From Blastocatellia bacterium (GTDB lineage Bacteria; Acidobacteriota; Blastocatellia; UBA7656): a stretch of 64,000 nucleotides of DNA. Positions within the stretch are counted from its first letter, which is position 1. Every line of letters starts with the position of its first letter. A program made the translations under genes and the position numbers. Location: the NCBI GenBank assembly GCA_035649735.1, contig DASRIZ010000080.1, positions 460 through 64,459 on the forward strand, written 5' to 3'. This document shows, in pieces, positions 9,527-16,152 of the stretch. The notes beneath the pieces are model-generated. The model worked only from the letters and a program-made list of their open reading frames with translations, was not told where the DNA came from and made no database searches.

Positions 9527-9580
9527 AGATTTCTGAAGTATAGATTTCTGAAGGTATAGGACCTATAGGACAGATAGGAC
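9527..9580. repeat. Phased direct repeats in the divergent gcvT/lpxD intergenic region
   Basis: AGATTTCTGAAG at 9527-9538 and 9542-9553 (15-bp phase). ATAGGAC at 9556-9562, 9565-9571 and 9574-9580 (9-bp phase). Confidence 0.85.
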
Positions 9581-9686
9581 CCATGTCGATTCAGCGGCAT
9601 GGGAAGAGGGCTTGTCGGTGAGGCCGGTTGCTCGCCGGCCCGCCTACATGGGAAACTTCACCTCGCGCTATGCGCGCTATAGGTTT

Positions 9687-10727
9687 ATGCCAAAGCTTGT
9701 TGAGCTTGCACGACTGCTAAACGCCAAACTGCTGGGACAGCCGAACGCCGAAGTCACACGAGCCCGGCCGTTCGAGCTGGCGTCCGAGGGAGACGTGACT
9801 CTGGCGCTGGACACGGCTTATGTCGCTCGTGTTAGCGAATCTCGTGCGACCGCCATCATCGTAGCCAATCCGATCGAAGGCGCATCGCAACACCTGCTGG
9901 TAGCTCGCGATCCGAAGCTTGCCTTTGCCCGCGCAATCGAGCTACTGCACCGCGTCCAATATGAGCCGTTGGGGGTAAGCGCGGATCTCGTTGCCGGGAC
10001 GGGAACAGTTCTCGGCGCCCAGCTGTCCGTTCACCCCCGCGTTACTATTGGGCGAGACGTGGTTATCGGGGACCGCGTTACCATGCATCCCGGAGTCGTG
10101 ATCGGCGATCGATGCAAAATCGGTGACGATACTGTTATCCAGGCCAATGTCACCATCTATCGCGAATGCACAATCGGGAAACGCGTCATCATCCATGCTG
10201 GAGCGGTGATCGGGGCAGACGGATTCGGCTTTGTGCCTGACGAGGAAGGCCGACAGGTCAAACTCCTTCAACTGGGGTCGGTGCGGATAGAAGACGATTG
10301 CGAGATTGGAGCAAACTCCGCGGTCGATCGCGGAGGTTTTGGCGAAACCGTGTTACGCCGCGGTGTAAAACTGGACAACCTGGTTCAGGTAGGTCACAAC
10401 TGCGACATCGGCGAAAACACCGTCGTCGCCGCGCTTGCGGGTTTTTCGGGAGGCACCAGGGTCGGGCGCGGTTGCGTTATAGCAGGACAAGTTGGAACTA
10501 ACCAGCATATGACAATCGGCGACGGAGCCACGCTTACGGGCCGTACGGCGGTGACTAAAAATGTTCGCCCCGGTGCGATCATGGCTGGAATGCCCGCGCA
10601 AGACTACAATGCCTGGCGTCGTTCGCAGGTGCTATACTCAAGGCTCCCCCGAATGGCCGACCGGTTGAGAAGATTAGAGAAGATTGTTGAAGCTCTAACG
10701 CGCTCTTCGGCGACCAGCGCCGACTGA
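9687..10727 (+). CDS. lpxD: UDP-3-O-acylglucosamine N-acyltransferase
   Basis: MPKLVELARLLNAKLLG..., left-handed beta-helix hexapeptide repeats, followed by fabZ-lpxA. The track ORF starts at a TTG at 9612; the ATG at 9687 fits the family N-terminus better. Confidence 0.85.
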   Translation: MPKLVELARLLNAKLLGQPNAEVTRARPFELASEGDVTLALDTAYVARVSESRATAIIVANPIEGASQHLLVARDPKLAFARAIELLHRVQYEPLGVSADLVAGTGTVLGAQLSVHPRVTIGRDVVIGDRVTMHPGVVIGDRCKIGDDTVIQANVTIYRECTIGKRVIIHAGAVIGADGFGFVPDEEGRQVKLLQLGSVRIEDDCEIGANSAVDRGGFGETVLRRGVKLDNLVQVGHNCDIGENTVVAALAGFSGGTRVGRGCVIAGQVGTNQHMTIGDGATLTGRTAVTKNVRPGAIMAGMPAQDYNAWRRSQVLYSRLPRMADRLRRLEKIVEALTRSSATSAD

Positions 10728-10762
10728 CAGCCGATAAGAAAGGTGGAGTTTCGCAGGTTGCT

Positions 10763-11263
10763 ATGGAGACACTACTGGACATAACCCAGATTCAAGCGAT
10801 CTTACCTCACCGTTATCCGTTTCTTCTTGTCGATCGGATAATCAGCTATGACCCGGGGAAGCGAGTTGTTGGAATAAAGAACGTCACCCTGGACGAGCCG
10901 TTTTTCGTTGGACACTTTCCCGGTGCGCCGGTGATGCCGGGTGTGCTGATCGTCGAAGCGATGGCTCAAACAGCCGGGGTCATGATGCTTGCGAGTCTGC
11001 CGGATCGCGAAACCAAACTGGTTTTCTTCACTGGCATCGAACGCGCGAAGTTCCGAAGACCCGTCGTTCCCGGCGATCAGTTGCGGCTCGAGTTGACTGT
11101 GCTCAAGCTCAGGCCGCGGTACATCAAGCTGCGGGGCGAAGCGTACGTGGACGGACAGCTCGTTGCCGAAGCGGAAATCTCATCTGCTCTCGTCGACCGC
11201 AGCATTATCGAGCGCAGCGATCAAGTCAGCAGCGCCGCTTTCACTCCAGTCGAGCAGGTGTAG
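10763..11263 (+). CDS. fabZ: 3-hydroxyacyl-ACP dehydratase
   Basis: LPHRYPFLLVDRI...FFVGHFPGAPVMPGVLIVEAMAQ. Confidence 0.95.
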   Translation: METLLDITQIQAILPHRYPFLLVDRIISYDPGKRVVGIKNVTLDEPFFVGHFPGAPVMPGVLIVEAMAQTAGVMMLASLPDRETKLVFFTGIERAKFRRPVVPGDQLRLELTVLKLRPRYIKLRGEAYVDGQLVAEAEISSALVDRSIIERSDQVSSAAFTPVEQV

Positions 11264-11278
11264 GAGAGACTCTCGAAA

Positions 11279-12052
11279 GTGTCCCTTCACCCCACAGCGA
11301 TCATAAGCCCAAAGGCGGAACTTGGACATAATGTCACTGTTGGCCCTTACTCGATAATCGGCGACGATGTCATTTTGCACGACGATGTTCGGGTAGGTAG
11401 TCATTGTGTAATCGAGGGGCCTTCCGAGTTTGGAAGCGGGTCAGTCTTTTATCCGTTTGTTTCGGCCGGGCAAGCGCCACAGGACTTGAAGTATCGGGGC
11501 GAGCGAAGTTTGCTGCGAGCCGGGCAACGCAACACATTTCGTGAGTTTTCGACCATCCAGCGAGGCACTGAGGGCGGCGGCAATCTAACGGAAATCGGGA
11601 ATGACAATCTCATCATGGCCCAGGCCCACATCGCGCACGACTGCCGGATCGGGAGCAACGTTATTTTTGCAAACGGGGCAACGCTTGGCGGTCACGTGAT
11701 TGTGGAGGATCGCGCGACCCTGGGTGGGTATTCAGGCATTCATCAGTTTTGTCGAGTGGGCAAGCACGCGTTTATTGGCGGGTACTCGGTTGTCGTAAAG
11801 GATGCGTTGCCATACGCGCGCACCGTAGGAAACCGCGCACGGTGCTATGGCCAGAACACTCTGGGGTTGCGCCGGAACGGCTTCAGCACGGAAGAGATAC
11901 GCCGCATCACTCACGCATTTCGGTTGCTGCTGGCCGCAAAGTTAAACACCACTCAGGCGCTCGAGGTGATAAAACGAGAACTGAGCGGGTGGCCCGAGAT
12001 CGACTACTTAATCGCGTTTATTGAAGACTCCGAGCGTGGAGTAACAAAGTAA
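11279..12052 (+). CDS. lpxA: Acyl-ACP--UDP-N-acetylglucosamine O-acyltransferase
   Basis: GTG start, IHPTAIISPKAELG..., hexapeptide repeats, 257 aa, follows fabZ. Confidence 0.9.
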   Translation: MSLHPTAIISPKAELGHNVTVGPYSIIGDDVILHDDVRVGSHCVIEGPSEFGSGSVFYPFVSAGQAPQDLKYRGERSLLRAGQRNTFREFSTIQRGTEGGGNLTEIGNDNLIMAQAHIAHDCRIGSNVIFANGATLGGHVIVEDRATLGGYSGIHQFCRVGKHAFIGGYSVVVKDALPYARTVGNRARCYGQNTLGLRRNGFSTEEIRRITHAFRLLLAAKLNTTQALEVIKRELSGWPEIDYLIAFIEDSERGVTK

Positions 12053-13038
12053 TGAAAGTACTGATTCTTACACAGGCCGAGGTCGATGATCTTCTCCCGG
12101 TCAACGAGTGCATACCGGTTATGGCCGAAGCCCTTTCGGACCTCGCTCGTGGGAATGTTTTCCAGCCATTGCGAATGATCGTCGCGCCGCCCGGGGCCGA
12201 GGGCGACATGGCGTTGATGCCATCTTATCGTTCCGGCGAGCTAGCGGCCTACGCGGTGAAGACTGTGTGCGTGTTTCCCCAGAACCCCCAGCGAGGACTG
12301 GATGCTCACCAGGGAAGCGTGATGCTGTTCAGCGCCGATACCGGCGAACTGGTTGCTCTGATGAACGCTTCGGCGATTACCGCGATTCGTACCGCGGCGG
12401 TGTCGGGCGTGGCCACGCAGGTTCTGGCGCGAGAAGATGCCGGCGAGCTTGCCATCATCGGGTCTGGCGTCCAGGCCCGCCGGCACATCGACGTAATGGC
12501 TTGCGTTCGTCCGATAAGACGAGCCCGAGTCGCCAGTGCCAAATTCGAAAACGCGAAGAAGTTTGCCGCCGAACTGGGCGCGCGTTTTGACTTTCCAATT
12601 GAGCCTGTCGAGGACGTGGAATCGGCGGTGCGCGGTGCCGATTTGATTGTTACAGCGACGACCGCCGCTGAACCGATCTTGAAGCGGGAATGGATATCTC
12701 CCGGGGCTCACCTGAATGTGGTGGGCTCGAGCATACCAAGGACACGCGAAGTAGACAGCGCAACGATGGCTGCCGCGAGTTTGTTTGTGGATCGACGCGA
12801 GTCGACGATAAACGAGGGCGGCGACTACCTGTTCGCGCTTCGTGACGGAGCTATCGGCCCTGACCACATTCGAGCAGAGATCGGCGAAATACTGGTTGGT
12901 TTACGCACTGGCAGAACGTCGCGGGATGAGATAACGCTCTTCAAATCGCTGGGGCTGGCAATTGAGGATCTCGCTTCGGCGGATTACCTCTATCGCAAGG
13001 CTCGTCGGCTGGAGGCGGGCACCTGGGTTGAGTTTTAG
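12052..13038 (+). CDS. Ornithine cyclodeaminase / mu-crystallin family protein
   Basis: ITAIRTAAVSGVATQVLA, IIGSGVQARRHI Rossmann motif, 328 aa. Its ATG overlaps the lpxA stop (TAATG at 12050-12054). Confidence 0.8.
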   Translation: MKVLILTQAEVDDLLPVNECIPVMAEALSDLARGNVFQPLRMIVAPPGAEGDMALMPSYRSGELAAYAVKTVCVFPQNPQRGLDAHQGSVMLFSADTGELVALMNASAITAIRTAAVSGVATQVLAREDAGELAIIGSGVQARRHIDVMACVRPIRRARVASAKFENAKKFAAELGARFDFPIEPVEDVESAVRGADLIVTATTAAEPILKREWISPGAHLNVVGSSIPRTREVDSATMAAASLFVDRRESTINEGGDYLFALRDGAIGPDHIRAEIGEILVGLRTGRTSRDEITLFKSLGLAIEDLASADYLYRKARRLEAGTWVEF

Positions 13039-13089
13039 ATCTCGGTTGAGTGAATCTGGTTTGGTGTTCGCCACGCCGCCTCTCTATTT

Positions 13090-13899
13090 ATGAAGTACGG
13101 ACTGATTGCAGGCAACGGACGTTTCCCGTTTCTCGTGCTTGAAGGTGCGCGCGATTCCGGGGCTGAGATTGCCGTCGCGGCGATAAAAGAAGAGGCTTCT
13201 CCGGAACTGGCACAGCAGGCAGCCCGCATCGAGTGGATTGGCGTCGGTCAGCTCGGGCGACTCATTCGTTATTTCAAGAGGGAACAAGTAACTCACGCGA
13301 TAATGGCCGGACAGGTGAAACACCACCAGATCTTCCGGTTGAACGCCCTTCCTGATCTTCGAATGGTCCGTGTGCTTGCGCGACTCTCAACGAAGAACAC
13401 CGACAGTCTGATTGGCGCCGTCGCGGATGAGCTCGCGCGGGAGGGCATAACTCTCATCGATTCGACCACGTTTCTTGAACCGTTGCTGGCGCCGGAGGGT
13501 GTGTTGACAAGACGAGCTCCGACGAAAGAAGAGCGCGGCGATATCGATTACGGCCTGGGGATAGCACGGGAGATTGGTCGGCTCGATCTGGGTCAAACCA
13601 TAGCTGTAAAAGATCGCGCAGTTGTCGCTATTGAGGCAATGGAAGGAACGGACGCGGTAATCGCTCGAGCAGGTGAAGTGACTCGCGGCCGATCATTTGT
13701 AGTCGTAAAGGTAGCGAAGCCTGGCCAGGACATGCGGTTCGACGTGCCGGTGATTGGACTGCCTACGATCGAGAGAATGAATGCCGCTCGAGCATCGGCA
13801 CTTCACGTAACTGCGGGGAAGACGCTTCTTTTCGACCGCTCGGATCTAATTGAACTCGCGGATACCAGTGGAATTACGGTCATCGCCGGCCCGCAGTAG
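13090..13899 (+). CDS. lpxI: UDP-2,3-diacylglucosamine diphosphatase LpxI (DUF1009)
   Basis: MKYGLIAGNGRFPFLVLEGAR...LDLGQTIAVKDRAVVAIEAMEGTDAVI...FDVPVIG. Lies in an lpx cluster. Confidence 0.8.
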   Translation: MKYGLIAGNGRFPFLVLEGARDSGAEIAVAAIKEEASPELAQQAARIEWIGVGQLGRLIRYFKREQVTHAIMAGQVKHHQIFRLNALPDLRMVRVLARLSTKNTDSLIGAVADELAREGITLIDSTTFLEPLLAPEGVLTRRAPTKEERGDIDYGLGIAREIGRLDLGQTIAVKDRAVVAIEAMEGTDAVIARAGEVTRGRSFVVVKVAKPGQDMRFDVPVIGLPTIERMNAARASALHVTAGKTLLFDRSDLIELADTSGITVIAGPQ

Positions 13900-13968
13900 A
13901 AGACTATGTTGGCCCCGAGGCGCTTGTGTTACACTGGCGTCAACCCCCAGAAAACGAGCAGAGGAAAT

Positions 13969-14670
13969 ATGTCGAGGAACAATCCGAACGAGTCCGATCC
14001 TGACAGTGCGATTATAGACGCGGACTTGCTGGTGAAGTATCGCATGGTCAATCGCGCAATCGAGACGCTCGAGCGAGCGATCGACAGCGCGCCCCGACAC
14101 ATCGGATTGCGCGAGAAGCTCCGCGAAATCCTGATCGACGCCGGTCGTCGTGACCAGGCGGCACAACACTGCCTGGCGCTGGCGAGCCTTCACATCTCGG
14201 CCGGGGATGTCGAGAGTGCAAACGAGAGACTGCTCGAAGCCAAGCGGCTCGATCCTCGGGTCTCGGTGACCGGCCAGCTTCGCGATGTACATCAGACTGA
14301 GGCACCCCCGCAACAGCGGCCGCAGAAAATCCTGACCGGCAATCTTGCCGACGTCAATCTGTTCGATATTATTCAAATCATCGAGAATAGCCGGTTGACC
14401 GGTATGCTCCAGGTGATGTCATCGGCGGTTTGCGGAGAAATACATTTCGACGAAGGATTGGTCGTTGGAGCGAAGTCTGGCATGGACTTTGGCCGGAAGG
14501 CTCTGAGTCTTTTTGCCGGGGCAGGCGATGGCACTTTCGAGTTTGAGAAGACAAGCGAATCGTACGACAGGACCATTCAAACTACCAGCAACACCGCCTT
14601 GATTCTGGACATGTTGCGGATAAAGGACGAAGAGGATCACGGCATGGGCACGCTGGATACTCTGCAGTAA
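13969..14670 (+). CDS. DUF4388 (PatA-N-like) domain protein with an N-terminal helical/TPR-like region
   Basis: GNLADVNLFDIIQIIENSRLTGMLQV...GEIHFDEGLVVGAKSG...GRKALSLFAGAGDGTFEFE. ATG at 13969 is preceded by AGAGGA. Confidence 0.65.
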   Translation: MSRNNPNESDPDSAIIDADLLVKYRMVNRAIETLERAIDSAPRHIGLREKLREILIDAGRRDQAAQHCLALASLHISAGDVESANERLLEAKRLDPRVSVTGQLRDVHQTEAPPQQRPQKILTGNLADVNLFDIIQIIENSRLTGMLQVMSSAVCGEIHFDEGLVVGAKSGMDFGRKALSLFAGAGDGTFEFEKTSESYDRTIQTTSNTALILDMLRIKDEEDHGMGTLDTLQ

Positions 14671-14692
14671 AACAGCAGCCCCGATGAGAAAA

Positions 14693-14723
14693 TATAGGAC
14701 CTATTTGACCTATAGGTCCTATA
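14693..14723. terminator. Hairpin between the convergent DUF4388 gene and skp
   Basis: TATAGGACC (14693-14701) pairs with GGTCCTATA (14715-14723); 13-nt loop. Confidence 0.55.
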
Positions 14724-14745
14724 CCATAAGAATTTGATTTGAAAA

Positions 14746-15363
14746 TTAGGGTTTTGGAGGCGGTTTTGTTGCTGCAGTCGCGACCGGATTTGCCTTGTTA
14801 TACTCGTTTATAAAATCCTGAGTAATGTCGGATCGCGGATCGAACCAGATCACGGTTCCCGATTGCAACGCATTTGCTATGTCCACCAGCATTACGATGC
14901 CGCGCTTTGCCGTGTAGTCCTCAGCGAACTTTCCGAGCTTCCCACTGATTGGCGCAAAAGCTTTGTCGCGCTCGCGGCCGGCGTCGGCCTCAAGATCCTC
15001 CGCCTTGCGTTTATACTCACGTTTCATGTTGTCGAGATTCTCGGTCATCTCGGCGACCTTCGCCGCGGCAAGAACACCGGTCTGTTGTTTGAGGGTCGTC
15101 TCGAGTGCATTGATCTTGTCCGCCAATCCTTGAACGTCTTTGACGCGCGGCTCGAACTGGCGGCTAAGACTCTCGATCTTTGACTTGAACTCGTCGACCT
15201 TCTCTTGAAAGGCGCCCGTGTTGATTACGGCTATTTTACCTTTTGGAAGCTCTCCTGCGGCTGCTGGTTTCGCCGGAACCCCCGCGCCGGGCTGTTGGGC
15301 GAGCGCCGAAACGCATAACGCCTGCAACGCGAGGGCTATAAGTGCGAGCTTGATTAATCTCAT
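14746..15363 (-). CDS. skp: OmpH/Skp family periplasmic chaperone
   Basis: Signal peptide, coiled-coil-rich core, 205 aa, downstream of bamA. Confidence 0.85.
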   Translation of the reverse strand: MRLIKLALIALALQALCVSALAQQPGAGVPAKPAAAGELPKGKIAVINTGAFQEKVDEFKSKIESLSRQFEPRVKDVQGLADKINALETTLKQQTGVLAAAKVAEMTENLDNMKREYKRKAEDLEADAGRERDKAFAPISGKLGKFAEDYTAKRGIVMLVDIANALQSGTVIWFDPRSDITQDFINEYNKANPVATAATKPPPKP

Positions 15364-15387
15364 GTGTTACTCCTTATCCTCGCGTTA

Positions 15388-16029
15388 TCAGGGTTTGGCA
15401 GGCGGCTTGACGGGCGGCTTAGCCGGTTGCGCACCGGGTGGGGTTGCAGTTACCCCAGCAACTGGGTTTGCCTTGTTATACTCGCCGATAAAATCATCGG
15501 TAATGTCCAGCTTGGGATTCCAGTACGCAAGTGAGCCGGACTGTGCGGCGCCCGCCAGATTGATTACCACGACGATGTTGCGCTGTGCGGCGTAGGTGTT
15601 TAGGAATTGGGTCATCTTATCGCGAACCGGTCTTGTCGCGATATCGAGCGCTTTGTCCGCATCCGCATTGAAATCTTCCTGTTCGCGCTCACCTCGCTTC
15701 TTCGACTCGGCGTAGGTTGCCTGCAGCTCCTGGTACTTATCCGCACTCAATACGTTCTGTTTGGTTCTGAGATCGTTTTCCATCGTCTTCATCTGCTCTG
15801 CGAGCGACTGAAGTTTTTGAAATCGGTCTTTAAACTGGTTGTTGACCTGTTCGTACTTTTGTTTCAACTCCAGGATCTGGCCGGGGAAAACCTGTGTGTT
15901 GATAACCGCGACCTTGCCGTCCGGCAGCGCCGCGCCGACTCCGGCCTGTGTAGCGTTCTGCGCAGACACGGTTGCCGTCAGTGCCGCCAGTAGCGCTGCT
16001 GAAAAAGCAGCCAACTTAAATTTCATCAT
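15388..16029 (-). CDS. skp: OmpH/Skp family periplasmic chaperone (paralog)
   Basis: 213 aa. Same architecture as the neighbour and shares the C-terminal ...ITDDFIGEYNKANPV... motif. Confidence 0.85.
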   Translation of the reverse strand: MMKFKLAAFSAALLAALTATVSAQNATQAGVGAALPDGKVAVINTQVFPGQILELKQKYEQVNNQFKDRFQKLQSLAEQMKTMENDLRTKQNVLSADKYQELQATYAESKKRGEREQEDFNADADKALDIATRPVRDKMTQFLNTYAAQRNIVVVINLAGAAQSGSLAYWNPKLDITDDFIGEYNKANPVAGVTATPPGAQPAKPPVKPPAKP

Positions 16030-16058
16030 AGATGCTCCTGTTTCTCCTGGTTGGGCCG

Positions 16059-16079
16059 CGCTGACGGTGAGCGTCAGCG
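16059..16079 (-). other. Intercistronic hairpin between bamA and skp
   Basis: CGCTGACG-GTGAG-CGTCAGCG: 8-bp perfect stem, 5-nt loop. Confidence 0.5.
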
Positions 16080-16152
16080 GACAATTGCAAAAATTCTATT
16101 ATAGCAGCACCGTCGACTTGTTAGAAGCGGTAAACCAAATCAAACGGCCAAA

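Noticed and set aside
9416-9611. Expected glycine riboswitch upstream of gcvT
   Set aside because: Reading the minus strand, I could not find the conserved GGAGAG...CACCGAAGGGGCAA-type cores. The region instead holds short direct repeats.
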